A stretch of 19,187 nucleotides of DNA from Armatimonadota bacterium (lineage in GTDB: Bacteria; Sysuimicrobiota; Sysuimicrobiia; Sysuimicrobiales; Humicultoraceae), in contig JBQTJP010000081.1 of the NCBI GenBank assembly GCA_052386995.1, positions 1 through 19,187 of the forward strand, in the 5' to 3' direction. The notes under the pieces were generated by a model, which worked only from the letters and a program-made list of their open reading frames with translations, was not told where the DNA came from and made no database searches. Made by a program: the position numbers and the translations under genes. Each line of letters opens with the position of its first letter. Positions within the stretch are counted from its first letter, which is position 1. Positions 1-9,578 of the stretch are shown piece by piece.

Positions 1-103
1 CGAGCAGCGCGAGGGCACTGTGCACCGGCTGGCGGGCCGCGATGACGCCGACCCCGCCGGCAAGGGCCAGCGCGGCCGCGGGAATGAAGATCACCCACTC
101 CAC
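1..103 (-). CDS. nuoJ: NADH-quinone oxidoreductase subunit J, N-terminal fragment (gene continues beyond the window start)
   Basis: The reverse complement of 1-103 translates to V-EWVIFIPAALALAGGVGVIAARQPVHSALALL, a typical NuoJ N-terminus. A GTG start at 103-101 is preceded by AGGTG and sits 10 nt after the nuoI stop. Its position downstream of nuoI in a co-linear nuo operon supports the call. Confidence 0.6.
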   Translation of the reverse strand, partial: MEWVIFIPAAALALAGGVGVIAARQPVHSALALL

Positions 104-112
104 GAGGCGCCC

Positions 113-586
113 CTACACCTCCCGCCCGGGATCGCGACCCGAGGCACCGGGGTACGGCTCGGTCAGCATCGGCTTGGTATAGATCATGGACTCCCGGGTA
201 TAGCCGGCCAGTTCGTACTCGTGCCCCAGCACGATGGCGCCGGTCGGGCACGCTTCCTCACAGAAGCCACAGAAGATGCACCGGAGCATGTTGATCTGAA
301 AGTCCGTCGCATACCGCTCGCCCTTGCTCACCTGCTGCTCGGGCGTGTTCTCGGCGGCCCGGACGTAGATGGCCTGGGACGGGCAGACGATGACGCACAA
401 TTCGCAGCCGACGCAGCGCTCCATCCCATCGGCATACAGCGTCAGCCAGTGGCGCCCCTTGAACCGCTCTTCGAGCTTCATCTTCTCGTTCGGATACTGC
501 GTGGTGACACGCCGGCGAAAGGCGTACCGGCCCGTGATCAGCAGGCTGCGGAGAAGCGCAAGCGATTGCCGGAGCAGGCCCGCCAT
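113..586 (-). CDS. nuoI: NADH-quinone oxidoreductase subunit I (2x[4Fe-4S] ferredoxin-type)
   Basis: Two CxxCxxCxxxCP motifs are present (CVGCELCVIVCP and CIFCGFCEEACP). The ATG at 586 lies 2 nt after the nuoH stop at 589-591. The 206-aa track ORF extends upstream as a GC-rich artifact; the real protein is about 157 aa. Confidence 0.85.
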   Translation of the reverse strand: MAGLLRQSLALLRSLLITGRYAFRRRVTTQYPNEKMKLEERFKGRHWLTLYADGMERCVGCELCVIVCPSQAIYVRAAENTPEQQVSKGERYATDFQINMLRCIFCGFCEEACPTGAIVLGHEYELAGYTRESMIYTKPMLTEPYPGASGRDPGREV

Positions 587-588
587 CG

Positions 589-1572
589 TTAGACTCCCCG
601 CAGCACAAGCACCGCCGTGGCGGCGACGTTCGCCAGGCCTAGCGGCACCAGCATCTTCCACCCGAGGGCCATGAGATGGTCGTGGCGCACGCGCGGCATC
701 GTCGCTCTCAGCCAGACGAAGAGCGCGACGCACGCCAGCGTCTTAAGCGCCACCCATGCGGCGCCCGGCAGCAGCGGGCCGTGCCAGCCCCCAAGGAACA
801 GCGTGGTCGCGAGCAGGCTCATGGTCACGACGCCGACGTACTCGCCGATGTAGAACATCGCAAACTTGAAGCCCCCGTACTCGGTCTGAAAGCCGGCGAT
901 CAGTTCTTGCTCAGCTTCCGGCAGGTCGAACGGTGCGCGGTTGGTCTCGGCGACTGCGCCGATCATGAAGAGAAAGAATCCGAACGGCTGCAGCGCCACG
1001 AACCACATCTTCCGCTGGGCTTCCACGATGTCGACCAGGCTGAGGGAGCCCGCGGTGAGCACGACCGAGACCACGGCCAGGCTGATGGCGAGCTCATACG
1101 AGATGAGCTGCGCGCCGGAGCGGAGGCTGCCGAGCAGCGCGTACTTGTTGTTCACCGACCAGCCGCCCAGGATGACGCCGTAGATTCCGATGGACGATGC
1201 CCCGAGCACCAGCAGGATGCCGACGTTCACATCTGCGAGATACAACGGGACCGTCGCGCCGAAGAGGCGCACCTCCGGCCCGATCGGGATGACCGCATAC
1301 ACGAACAGGGCAGCGACCATCGAGATGGCGGGCGCGAGCCAGTACACGAGCCGGTCGGCGCCCGCGGGCACGAAGCTTTCCTTGAAGATGAGTTTGATCC
1401 CATCCGCCAGCGGCTGGAGCAGCCCCAGCGGGCCGACGCGGTTGGGCCCGTGCCGGATCTGGAAGAGCGCCAGCAGCCGCCGCTCCAGGAGCGTCATGTA
1501 GGCGCAGGCCGTCAAGAGAATGAAGAGCAGGATTGCGCTCTTGACCGCGGCGCCCAGCGCCAGCGCAATCAC
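589..1572 (-). CDS. nuoH: NADH-quinone oxidoreductase subunit H (membrane subunit)
   Basis: A polytopic membrane protein with the conserved ERRLLAxFQxRxGPNRVGPxGLLQPxAD and PFDLPEAEQEL motifs of NuoH/ND1. I placed the start at GTG 1572, which overlaps the nuoG TGA stop (GTGA). An alternative ATG at 1611 would give 340 aa. Confidence 0.85.
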   Translation of the reverse strand: MIALALGAAVKSAILLFILLTACAYMTLLERRLLALFQIRHGPNRVGPLGLLQPLADGIKLIFKESFVPAGADRLVYWLAPAISMVAALFVYAVIPIGPEVRLFGATVPLYLADVNVGILLVLGASSIGIYGVILGGWSVNNKYALLGSLRSGAQLISYELAISLAVVSVVLTAGSLSLVDIVEAQRKMWFVALQPFGFFLFMIGAVAETNRAPFDLPEAEQELIAGFQTEYGGFKFAMFYIGEYVGVVTMSLLATTLFLGGWHGPLLPGAAWVALKTLACVALFVWLRATMPRVRHDHLMALGWKMLVPLGLANVAATAVLVLRGV

Positions 1573-3911
1573 AGCGGCCGCACCTCGACCTCCGCCGCAT
1601 TCGACGGCCACCGGACGAGCGCGTGCACCGGCACGGCGTCGAAGCCACCGGGAACGAGGACGTGGCCGCGCGGCGCGTCATCGCTGTGGCGGGCCGCGAC
1701 GGCGATCGTCCCCGAGGTGTTCGCCAGCCGCACGATCGCGCCGTCGGCAATGCCCAGACGCGCAGCATCGGCAGGGTGCAGCAGGCAGTGCGGCGGACCG
1801 GCGAGCGCCGAGACGCCGGGACAGCGCCCCTTCATGCTTCCCTGCGTGAACAGACGCTCGGTAATCAACAGGGTGAGCTGCCCATTGCGGCGATCGCCTT
1901 GCGGGACAAACGCCGTGCGCGCGTCCGGCGCCGCCGGCGGCACCCGCACGGGCGGGATCGGAGAGATCATCCCGTCCGCGAGATCGGGGACCGCATCCCG
2001 CATCTGCTCGAGTACTTCATCGGCGGTACCGTAACTCAGCGTCGCGTCCAGCCGCTCGGCCAGATGACTGAAGATCTCGCGGTCGCCCCGCGCCTTCCCG
2101 GGGCCGGGAGCCGCCGCCCGAAGTGGCAGGGTGCGGCCTTCCAGGTTGGTGACGGTCCCGTCTTTTTCCGGCAGAACGAGTGCCGGCAAGACCACGTCGG
2201 CCTCCTGAGCGGTTTGAGAGAGAAAGGCCTCGTGCACGACCAGGAATCCAACGCCGCGCCGGGCCGCCTCCCAGGCGGCGCGATCGGTGACAGCCGTCGC
2301 CGGGTCGCTCCCGGCTACGTACAGGACGTCAAACTCACCCGAGGCGGCGCGCAGCAGGATCTGCGGCGCGGTCCAGCCGCGCTCACCTGGGACGAGGCCG
2401 AAGCGCTGGGCGCCGAAGTCGTTGCCGCGGCCGCGCATGATATGCAGCGTCCCACCGACGCGCGTGCTCAGGTCGGCCGCCAACTGTAGAACTGTCCATC
2501 CCTGAGGCCCGTCCAGGGCCAGCCGCCCCAGGAAGATGTGCGACCGCCGTCCGGGAGTCAGCAACTCGCCCACGCCGGAATGGGCCGGCAGGCCCGCGAT
2601 CGACCGCGCGAAGTCATCGGCGGCCGGCTGCACCTCGACCATCGCGTATCGGCGAACCTCCAGGCGCTGCGGATGCACGATAATCAGGCGGGAGCCCCGG
2701 TCGATTGCCTGCTTGATCCGGAGCCACAGCACCGGATACTCCTCGGTGAGGTCACAGCCCACCAGGATGAACAGGTCCCCTCCCGCTACCTCGTCGATCG
2801 ACGACCGCAGACCCCACGGCACCTGCAGGCTGGCGCTGCGCGGCGGCGCGTCGACCCGATGATCGAGATGCGGCGTGCCGAGGATCTGGCGGAAGAACCG
2901 TGCGGCGACGAACGCGTCCTCGTTCGACAGCCGCCGGCCGCCGAGAAACGCCACGCGGCCATCGGCACGCTGGCGGGAGGCGCCCAGGCGGTCGGCGATG
3001 AGGTCGAGGGCATCGTCCCATTCGGCTTCCTGCAGGCGGCCGTCGCGGCGAATGAGGGGAACCCTGAGACGGTCATCGGCGTGCACGTAGTCATGCCCGA
3101 AGAAGCCCAGGTCACACAGCCAGATATCGTTGACGGCGCCCAACTCACGCGCCCGCGTGCGTGTGACCTCCCCGCCGCGCACGTCGAGCCAGATGGCGCA
3201 GCCCAGCCCGCAGTGAGTGCAGGTCGAGGCGACCGCCTGATTGTCCCATGGGCGTGATCGAAAACGGTACGTGGTGCTGGTCAGCGCGCCGACCGGACAG
3301 ATCGCGATGGTATTGCCGATGAACTTGGATTCGACCGGCAGCGTGTGCGGAGTATTGATCTCGCTGGTAAAGCCCCGTTCGAACCCCTTCAGGGCGTCAT
3401 CACCGGCGATGATCTCACCGAACCGCACACAGCGCCAGCAGAGGATGCACCGCTCGCGATCGAGCGTCAGCACCGGCCCGAGTGACACCGGTTTGGCAAA
3501 GTCGCGCTTGGCCTCGATAAAGCGGCTGCGCCCGGGACCGAACTGAAACGTCTGATCCTGCAGCGGGCACTCGCCGCCCTTGTCGCAGATCGGACAGTCG
3601 AGGGGATGGTTGATGAGCAGGAATTCCAGCATCGCCTCCTGACCCGCCTTGACCGCGGTGGAGGTGGTATCGATGACCATGCCGTCGGTGGCGACCAGCG
3701 TGCAGGATGTCTGCAGCTTGGCCATCTTCTCGACCTGCACCAGGCACATGCGACACGCCCCCAGCGGCGGCATGCGGTCGTGATAGCAGAAGATAGGGAT
3801 CTCGATCCCGGAGGCGCGCGCAGCCTGGTAGACAGTGGTGCCCTTCGGGACCGTGACCCAGCGGCCGTCGATGACGACCCTGACCGTCGACGGCGCCCCG
3901 CTAGTGGCCAT
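1569..3911 (-). CDS. nuoG: NADH-quinone oxidoreductase subunit G (75 kDa, 2Fe-2S/4Fe-4S, molybdopterin-oxidoreductase-like fold)
   Basis: The N-terminal 2Fe-2S ferredoxin region (CYHDRMPPLGACRMCLV), HPLDCPICDKGGEC and CILCWRCVRF cluster motifs are present in a ~780 aa protein. I chose ATG 3911 (MATSGAPSTVRVVIDGR), which has GGAG 6 nt upstream and overlaps the nuoF 3' end. ATGs at 3917 and 3929 are alternatives. Confidence 0.85.
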   Translation of the reverse strand: MATSGAPSTVRVVIDGRWVTVPKGTTVYQAARASGIEIPIFCYHDRMPPLGACRMCLVQVEKMAKLQTSCTLVATDGMVIDTTSTAVKAGQEAMLEFLLINHPLDCPICDKGGECPLQDQTFQFGPGRSRFIEAKRDFAKPVSLGPVLTLDRERCILCWRCVRFGEIIAGDDALKGFERGFTSEINTPHTLPVESKFIGNTIAICPVGALTSTTYRFRSRPWDNQAVASTCTHCGLGCAIWLDVRGGEVTRTRARELGAVNDIWLCDLGFFGHDYVHADDRLRVPLIRRDGRLQEAEWDDALDLIADRLGASRQRADGRVAFLGGRRLSNEDAFVAARFFRQILGTPHLDHRVDAPPRSASLQVPWGLRSSIDEVAGGDLFILVGCDLTEEYPVLWLRIKQAIDRGSRLIIVHPQRLEVRRYAMVEVQPAADDFARSIAGLPAHSGVGELLTPGRRSHIFLGRLALDGPQGWTVLQLAADLSTRVGGTLHIMRGRGNDFGAQRFGLVPGERGWTAPQILLRAASGEFDVLYVAGSDPATAVTDRAAWEAARRGVGFLVVHEAFLSQTAQEADVVLPALVLPEKDGTVTNLEGRTLPLRAAAPGPGKARGDREIFSHLAERLDATLSYGTADEVLEQMRDAVPDLADGMISPIPPVRVPPAAPDARTAFVPQGDRRNGQLTLLITERLFTQGSMKGRCPGVSALAGPPHCLLHPADAARLGIADGAIVRLANTSGTIAVAARHSDDAPRGHVLVPGGFDAVPVHALVRWPSNAAEVEVRPL

Positions 3912-5169
3912 GTGCATCTCCGCCGGCATGCGCAGGCTCGCCTCCGATGTGACGCTCGTACTCGCCGCGGAAGTGTCGCAGCGACGCCAGCAGGCTCGGC
4001 GGCACGCTTTCGCCGAGCGGACAGAAGCACGTCCCGGTCATCCCCGCGGCCACGCTTTCGAGCAGCGGCAAGTCCTCCGCCCGGCCGCGGCCGTGCAGCA
4101 GCCGATCGAAGATCTGCGTGATCCAGATCGTGCCTTCACGGCAGGGAGTGCACTTGCCGCATGATTCGTCGCGGTAGAATTCGACCGTCCGGGCGATGAT
4201 CTCGACGATGTCGGCGGCATCATCGATCACGATCACCGCGGCCGATCCGAGCATCGTACCGGCTTGCCGCAGCGTGTCGTAGTCCATCTTGACGTCCAGG
4301 TCGGCCTCCACCAGGATCGCCGAGGACGACCCTCCGGGAAACGCCGCCACGAACCGGCGCCCCGGACGCAGTCCTCCCGCGTGATCGAAAACGAGCGACC
4401 GCAGCGTCACGCCCAGCGGCGCCTCGTACACGCCGGGCCGCACGACGGCGCCGCTCACCGAAAACAGCGCGGGCGGCCCCAGCGCCTTGTACTTGTCCGG
4501 CCCCATTTTCACGATGGCCGGAATGTGGCAGAGTGTCTCCACGTTGTGCAGCAGCGTGGGCAGCTGGTAGAGCCCGGCCTGCGCGGGAAAAGGCGGCCGG
4601 AGGCGCGGGAGCGCCCGGCGACCTTCCAGAGACTCCAGCAGCGCGGATTCTTCCCCGGCGATGTAGGCGCCGGCCCCTGAATGTACGACGATGTCCACCG
4701 TGTGGTCGCTCCCGAACACGCGCTCGCCGACCAGACCCGCCGCGCGGGCCTCCGCGAGCGCCTCATCGAGGCGTCGCCTGCCCTCGTAAAACTCCTTGCG
4801 CAGGTACACGTACGCTTTGCGCGCGCCGATCGCCATCGCCGAGAGCAGGATGCCTTCGATGAGCAGATGTGGGCAGCCCTCGATCAGCGTGCGGTCCTTG
4901 AAGGTGCCGGGCTCGCCTTCATCCGCGTTGACCACGACGTATTTGATGGGGGCCGCGCGCGGGATGAACTTCCACTTTTGGCCGGTCGGAAACCCCGCTC
5001 CACCCTTGCCGCGCAGACCGGACTGCACGAGCCACTCGATCAGCTGGTCGGGGGCGAGCTCCCCGCGCGCGACGAGCTCCGCGGCCCGATAGCCGCCGGC
5101 CCGCCGATAGGCGTCCAGGTCGCGCCCCCCGCCGTCTTGCACCCAGGAAAGAAGGATCGATTCTGGCAT
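3901..5169 (-). CDS. nuoF: NADH-quinone oxidoreductase subunit F (51 kDa, FMN/NADH-binding, 4Fe-4S)
   Basis: GKGGAGFPTGQKW (NADH/FMN site), the ESCGKCTPCREG 4Fe-4S motif and a length of 422 aa are all as expected. The start lies 3 nt after the nuoE stop. Confidence 0.9.
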   Translation of the reverse strand: MPESILLSWVQDGGGRDLDAYRRAGGYRAAELVARGELAPDQLIEWLVQSGLRGKGGAGFPTGQKWKFIPRAAPIKYVVVNADEGEPGTFKDRTLIEGCPHLLIEGILLSAMAIGARKAYVYLRKEFYEGRRRLDEALAEARAAGLVGERVFGSDHTVDIVVHSGAGAYIAGEESALLESLEGRRALPRLRPPFPAQAGLYQLPTLLHNVETLCHIPAIVKMGPDKYKALGPPALFSVSGAVVRPGVYEAPLGVTLRSLVFDHAGGLRPGRRFVAAFPGGSSSAILVEADLDVKMDYDTLRQAGTMLGSAAVIVIDDAADIVEIIARTVEFYRDESCGKCTPCREGTIWITQIFDRLLHGRGRAEDLPLLESVAAGMTGTCFCPLGESVPPSLLASLRHFRGEYERHIGGEPAHAGGDAHGH

Positions 5170-5172
5170 CGG

Positions 5173-5676
5173 TCAGGGATAGCGGGCGAGCAGCCCGTCC
5201 ACGCCGTCGGGGCTCACGCGCGCCCAGCGCTCCTCATCGATGATCACCGCGGGGGCTTCCTCACACGCCGCCAGGCATTCGACCGTGCGGAGGGTGAACC
5301 GGCCGTCGGCCGTCGTCCCGCCCGGTGCGGTGCCCAGCCGCTCTTGAAAGCGCGCGACCACGGCGCCGCAGCCGTTGAGCATGCATGAGAGGTTTGTGCA
5401 GCATTGAATCACGTGCCTGCCCACGGGTTCGAGATACAGGAGGCTGTAGAACGACGCCACGGAGGTCACCTCGGTCAGCGGCAGGTCCAGCGCGTCTGCC
5501 ACGGCCTCGAGCGCCCAGGGCGGGAGATATCCGGCTTCACGCTGCGCGACGAAGAGCGCAGGGAGGAGTGCCGACTGGCGGTGCTCGTAGAGGCCGGCGA
5601 GCCGTGCGATCTCCTGCCTGGCCGCGTCACTCAGCGCCGATGCGCCGGGCCTGCGCGCGGTCGCCCCATTGGCCAT
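5173..5676 (-). CDS. nuoE: NADH-quinone oxidoreductase subunit E (24 kDa, thioredoxin-like 2Fe-2S)
   Basis: MANGATARR...IQCCTNLSCMLNGCGAV...VECLAACEEAPAV is the typical NuoE Cys pattern. The ATG at 5676 overlaps the nuoD TGA by 1 nt (TGATG). The 344-aa track ORF is an upstream read-through artifact inside nuoD. Confidence 0.8.
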   Translation of the reverse strand: MANGATARRPGASALSDAARQEIARLAGLYEHRQSALLPALFVAQREAGYLPPWALEAVADALDLPLTEVTSVASFYSLLYLEPVGRHVIQCCTNLSCMLNGCGAVVARFQERLGTAPGGTTADGRFTLRTVECLAACEEAPAVIIDEERWARVSPDGVDGLLARYP

Positions 5677-6953
5677 CAGCGGTCCACGTCTCCGAGCACC
5701 GGATCGAGGCTGGCAATCGCCACGACGATGTCGGCGATTGTGGCGCCTCGGACCATCACGGGAAGCGCCTGGAGGTTGTTGAACGACGCGGATCGCACCC
5801 GTACCCTCGTGGGCCGATTGCTGCCGTCGCTGATGAGGTAGTAACCTTTCTCGCCGCGCGGGGACTCGACCGCGGCATACACCTCGCCAGCGGGCGGCCG
5901 GAGGCCCTCGCTCACGAGTTTGAACTGATGGATGACCGCTTCCATGCTGCGGACGAGCTCGGCGCGCGGCGGCAATGCGACCTTCCGATCGTCGACGATC
6001 ACCGGACCGGCGGGCAGCCGGTCCAGCGCCTGGAGGATGATGCGCCGGCTCTGTCTCATCTCCTCCATGCGAATGGTGTATCGGTCGAACGCATCGCCGT
6101 TCTTGCCGAGCGGCACGTCGAACGCGTAGTCCTCGTATCCGCTGTACGGAAAGGCCTTCCGCACGTCGTAGTTGACCCCGGACCCTCTCAAGATGGGCCC
6201 GGTGCAACCGTAGCGCACCGCGTCGTGCGCGGCGAGCGGAGCAACGCCCTCGGTCCGCTTGCGCCAGATGAAATTGTCGGTCAGCAGCGCCTCATATTCG
6301 TCCACGCGCCGCGGCAGCGCATCCGCGAACCGGCGCACGCGGGCCACGAACCCCTCGGGCAGATCCCACTGGAGCCCGCCGATCCGGATGTACCCGTGCA
6401 TCATGCGCTGACCCGAGACCGCCTCGAAGAGGTCAAGGATCTGCTCGCGATCCTGAAAGCAGTACATGAGCGCGCTGGACATGTTGAGGTCGATGGCGCT
6501 CGTACCAAGCCACACCAGATGGCTGGCGATGCGAGAGAGCTCCATGAGGATGACCCGGGCAACACGGGCTCTGGGCGGGGGCGCGATGTCGAGGAGCTTC
6601 TCCGCCGCGAGCGCGTAGGCGGTCTCCTCGATGAAGGTCGCCAGGTACTCGATGCGCGCGGGAAACACCAGGTTCTGGTGATAGGTCCGGGACTCCATCT
6701 CCTTTTCGAATCCGGTATGCAGATATCCGATCACCGGTTGGGCGTTCCGAATCACCTCGCCGTCCAGCTCGAGGATGATCCTGAGCACCCCGTGCGTGGC
6801 CGGGTGCTGCGGACCCATATTGAGGGTGATGGTCTCGGTGTGGGCCTCGGGCATCGCAGCGGCCTGGTCGCGGAGGTCCTGCAGCTCGACCTCGCGGTCC
6901 CGCACGCGGACCTCTGGGGCGCCGGACGGCGGGCCGGCATCGGGCCGGGTCAT
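5676..6953 (-). CDS. nuoD: NADH-quinone oxidoreductase subunit D (49 kDa)
   Basis: TLNMGPQHPATHGVLR is the hallmark NuoD N-terminal motif, and the 425-aa length fits. The ATG lies 2 nt downstream of the nuoC TAA. Confidence 0.9.
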   Translation of the reverse strand: MTRPDAGPPSGAPEVRVRDREVELQDLRDQAAAMPEAHTETITLNMGPQHPATHGVLRIILELDGEVIRNAQPVIGYLHTGFEKEMESRTYHQNLVFPARIEYLATFIEETAYALAAEKLLDIAPPPRARVARVILMELSRIASHLVWLGTSAIDLNMSSALMYCFQDREQILDLFEAVSGQRMMHGYIRIGGLQWDLPEGFVARVRRFADALPRRVDEYEALLTDNFIWRKRTEGVAPLAAHDAVRYGCTGPILRGSGVNYDVRKAFPYSGYEDYAFDVPLGKNGDAFDRYTIRMEEMRQSRRIILQALDRLPAGPVIVDDRKVALPPRAELVRSMEAVIHQFKLVSEGLRPPAGEVYAAVESPRGEKGYYLISDGSNRPTRVRVRSASFNNLQALPVMVRGATIADIVVAIASLDPVLGDVDR

Positions 6954-6954
6954 G

Positions 6955-7479
6955 TTACGCGGTGGGCCGAGATCTCAGGATAATAGCGCTCGGGACTTTC
7001 GGGACGTGATCGACGAACTCGACCGGCTCCTCGGTCAAGGAGAAGTCCTTCCGCAGCGGATGGCCTTCCCAATCGTCGGGCATGAGGATGCGCGAAAGAT
7101 TCGGATGGCCCTCGAAGCGGATGCCGAACAGATCGAAGACTTCTCGCTCCAGCCAGTTTGCCCCGGGCCACAGCCCGGTGGCGCTGGAGATGAGGGGGCG
7201 CTCGCCGGGCAGCCGCGCTTTGATCCGCACCCGCAGCGGCGGTGAGGCGCCCGTCAACAGGTAGATCACTTCGAAGCGGGGCTCGAGCGGATGGCGATCG
7301 ACCGCGGTGAGGTCCGTCAACACGGTGGGGCCATCCGGAGCGGTGCTCGCGGCGCGCAGAACGTCGAAGATGCGATCGGCCGGCGCGACCACCGTCGTCT
7401 CGCCCCTGAACTCCGAGGCCTCGAGGGCGATCTCGCCGAGGCTCGCCCGCACATATTCGACCAGCTCCTGGGGGGTCAT
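6955..7479 (-). CDS. nuoC: NADH-quinone oxidoreductase subunit C (30 kDa)
   Basis: [10 protein letters not shown]...[26 protein letters not shown] is the conserved NuoC core. The ATG at 7479 overlaps the nuoB TGA (ATGA). The track ORF's N-terminal extension is an artifact. Confidence 0.85.
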   Translation of the reverse strand: MTPQELVEYVRASLGEIALEASEFRGETTVVAPADRIFDVLRAASTAPDGPTVLTDLTAVDRHPLEPRFEVIYLLTGASPPLRVRIKARLPGERPLISSATGLWPGANWLEREVFDLFGIRFEGHPNLSRILMPDDWEGHPLRKDFSLTEEPVEFVDHVPKVPSAIILRSRPTA

Positions 7480-7967
7480 GGCCGGCCACCGGTGCGCGCG
7501 ATCTTTTCCTGCAGCATGATGAAGCCGTACAGGAGCGCCTCGGGACGCGGTGGACATCCGGCCACGTACACATCCACGGGGATGACTTTGTCCACGCCCT
7601 GCACCAGCGCGTAATTGTTGAAGACGCCGCCGCAGGACGCGCAGTCGCCCATCGCGATGACCCACTTGGGCTCCAGCATCTGGTCATAGATGTGCCGCAG
7701 GACCGGGGCCATCTTCTGGGAGAGGCGGCCGGACACGATGAGCAGGTCGGCCTGTCTCGGCGAGGCACGGAACACCTCGGCCCCGAAGCGTGCCATGTCG
7801 TATCGCGCGGCGGTGGTGGCGATCATCTCGATGGCGCAGCATGCCAGGCCGAACTGCGCGGGCCAGATGCTCCCCTTGCGCGCCCACTGCACCATCCGCT
7901 CGACCGTCGTCAGCAGGACGCGCTTCTCGAGCTCGGCGGTCTGGGGGTCGCGGGCCGCTACTGCCAT
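7476..7967 (-). CDS. nuoB: NADH-quinone oxidoreductase subunit B (20 kDa, N2 4Fe-4S)
   Basis: GLACCAIEM...GDCASCGG...GCPPRPEA is the NuoB cysteine signature. The protein is 163 aa. Confidence 0.9.
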   Translation of the reverse strand: MAVAARDPQTAELEKRVLLTTVERMVQWARKGSIWPAQFGLACCAIEMIATTAARYDMARFGAEVFRASPRQADLLIVSGRLSQKMAPVLRHIYDQMLEPKWVIAMGDCASCGGVFNNYALVQGVDKVIPVDVYVAGCPPRPEALLYGFIMLQEKIARTGGRP

Positions 7968-8311
7968 TCGAGGGCCCCCCGCTTCCAGGCATAGACGAGC
8001 CCCATCGCCAGGACGCCGATGAAGAGGAGCATCTCGATCAAGCCGAACACTCCGAGGCGGCGGGCCACGACGGCCCAGGGATACAGGAAGACCGTCTCAA
8101 TATCGAACAGGATGAACAGCATAGCGATCAGGTAGTACCGAATCGGGATGCGCTCACGCGCCGATCCGATCGGCCACACCCCGGACTCATACGGCTCGAG
8201 CTTGGGCGGTGTCGGCCGGCTCCCTCCCAGGAGCGCGTGCAGCCCCAGCAACGCGACGGTCAGGCCGACGACGAGCGCGAAGTGCACGAAGATCGGAACG
8301 TAGTCCGCCAC
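7958..8311 (-). CDS. nuoA: NADH-quinone oxidoreductase subunit A
   Basis: With a GTG start at 8311 the product is a 118-aa three-TM protein, (M)[10 protein letters not shown]...PYESG...[14 protein letters not shown]...AWKRGALEW, matching NuoA/ND3 length and motifs. It overlaps the nuoB start by 10 nt. The 161-aa track ORF has a GC-rich, non-hydrophobic N-terminal extension that I take to be an artifact. Confidence 0.8.
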   Translation of the reverse strand: MADYVPIFVHFALVVGLTVALLGLHALLGGSRPTPPKLEPYESGVWPIGSARERIPIRYYLIAMLFILFDIETVFLYPWAVVARRLGVFGLIEMLLFIGVLAMGLVYAWKRGALEWQ

Positions 8312-8326
8312 GGCCGTTAACTTCGG

Positions 8327-8336
8327 TAGTGCACTA
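8327..8336. promoter_or_regulatory. Perfect 10-bp palindrome TAGTGCACTA 16-25 nt upstream of the nuoA start; candidate operator or promoter element for the nuo operon
   Basis: The sequence TAGTGCACTA read directly from the window is self-complementary. It sits in an AT-balanced patch within the 76-bp iscS-nuoA spacer of a 70% GC genome. Confidence 0.25.
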
Positions 8337-8387
8337 GTCCGTCCTGCCTTCTGCGTGTAGCGCCGTGCGCCCGGCGACCCTAATCCG

Positions 8388-9560
8388 TCAGCGACGGGAT
8401 GCGGCGCGCCGGATCTGGCCGAGCACCTTCGGAAGCACATCAAGGAGCGTCTCGATCTCGTCGGCCGTGGTCCACCGGCCGATGGAGAAACGCAGCGTTC
8501 CCACCGCGAACGACTCGGGAATGCCCAGCGCCGCGATCACATGAGACGGCTCCAGGCTTCCGGACGTGCACGCCGACCCGCTGGAGGCCGCGATGCCCTC
8601 CAGATCCAGCGCCAGCAGCAGCGACTCACTGTCGGCGTCTGCGAACGAGACGTTCACGATGCCGGGCAACCGGTCCCTCGGGTGGCCGTTCTGGCGGACG
8701 CCGTCCATCGCCATCAGGCCGGCGGCCACACGGTCGCGCAGCGCACCGATCCGCGCGGCCTCTTCGGACATGCTCTCGAGGGCAATGCGCGCCGCGGCGC
8801 CGAAGCCGGCGATCGCCGGGACGTTCTCGGTGCCCCCGCGCCGCCCCCGCTCCTGACTGCCCCCGTGGAGGAACGGCTCGACCCGTACCCCCGACCGCAC
8901 GTAGAGGGCCCCGATCCCTTTCGGGCCGTAGCGCTTGTGCGCCGACAGCGACAGCAGGTCCACACCCAGCGCCTGCGCGTCCACCGGCACGATGCCCGCG
9001 CTCTGGGTCGCGTCGCAATGGAACAGCACATCACGCTCGCGCGCAAGGGCCCCGATCTCGGCGACTGGGCCCAGCGTGCCGATCTCGTTGTTGCCGTGCA
9101 TGATCGAGATGAGCACGGTGTCGGGCCGGATCGCACGGCGGACCGCATCAGGATCCACGCGTCCGTGCTGATCCACCGGCAGGACCGTCACGCCGACCCC
9201 GCGCTTCTCCAGCCAGCGGCAGGGCTCCAAGACGGCGTGGTGCTCGGTCGCGGCCGTGATGATGTGCCCGCCGGGCATCTCGCGGGCGTAGACGGCGCCG
9301 AAGATCGCCGCGTTGTTCGATTCGGTTGCCCCACCCGTGAAGATGATCTCCTTGGGCTGGGCGCCGATGAGCTTTGCGACCGATGCACGCGCCTCGTCCA
9401 CGGCGCCCCGCGCCGCCTGACCGAACTGATGGACGCTCCCGGCGTTGCCGAACCGCTCGGTGAAAAACGGCCGCATCACCTCGACGACCCGGGGGTCCGC
9501 CGGCGTGGTCGCCGCATAGTCGAGGTATATTCCCGAGGACGGATCGTGAGACACACGCAT
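8388..9560 (-). CDS. iscS: Cysteine desulfurase (class V aminotransferase, IscS/NifS family)
   Basis: The SAHKRYGPKG PLP-lysine motif, the SSGSACTSG active-site Cys loop and the N-terminal IYLDYAATTP all fit this family. The protein is 390 aa. Confidence 0.85.
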   Translation of the reverse strand: MRVSHDPSSGIYLDYAATTPADPRVVEVMRPFFTERFGNAGSVHQFGQAARGAVDEARASVAKLIGAQPKEIIFTGGATESNNAAIFGAVYAREMPGGHIITAATEHHAVLEPCRWLEKRGVGVTVLPVDQHGRVDPDAVRRAIRPDTVLISIMHGNNEIGTLGPVAEIGALARERDVLFHCDATQSAGIVPVDAQALGVDLLSLSAHKRYGPKGIGALYVRSGVRVEPFLHGGSQERGRRGGTENVPAIAGFGAAARIALESMSEEAARIGALRDRVAAGLMAMDGVRQNGHPRDRLPGIVNVSFADADSESLLLALDLEGIAASSGSACTSGSLEPSHVIAALGIPESFAVGTLRFSIGRWTTADEIETLLDVLPKVLGQIRRAASRR

Positions 9561-9569
9561 GGCGTATTG

Positions 9570-9578
9570 AGTATATCA
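9570..9578 (-). promoter_or_regulatory. Candidate extended -10 promoter (TGaTATACT) for iscS; predicts a near-leaderless transcript
   Basis: The minus strand reads TGATATACT, ending 10 nt before the iscS ATG. The TSS would fall about 3 nt upstream of ATG, and no SD is apparent. Confidence 0.25.

Noticed and set aside
676-2034. 452-aa plus-strand ORF (and neighbours 1623..2489, 2538..3257, 3606..4121, 4681..5388)
   Set aside because: These are antisense to nuoH/nuoG/nuoF, which have strong conserved motifs on the minus strand. The translations are Arg/Ala/Pro/Gly-rich low-complexity sequence, typical of stop-codon-poor reverse frames in 70%-GC DNA.
5677-6207. 177-aa N-terminal extension of the nuoE track ORF (similar extensions on nuoI, nuoC, nuoA, the MDP-1 and ParB-like ORFs)
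   Set aside because: The extensions run back into the preceding gene in another frame and are Arg-rich nonsense. Conserved N-termini and operon start/stop junctions place the true starts at the internal ATG/GTG codons.
5385-6983. 532-aa plus-strand ORF
   Set aside because: It is entirely antisense to nuoD and nuoE. It has no motifs and a GC-rich artifact composition.
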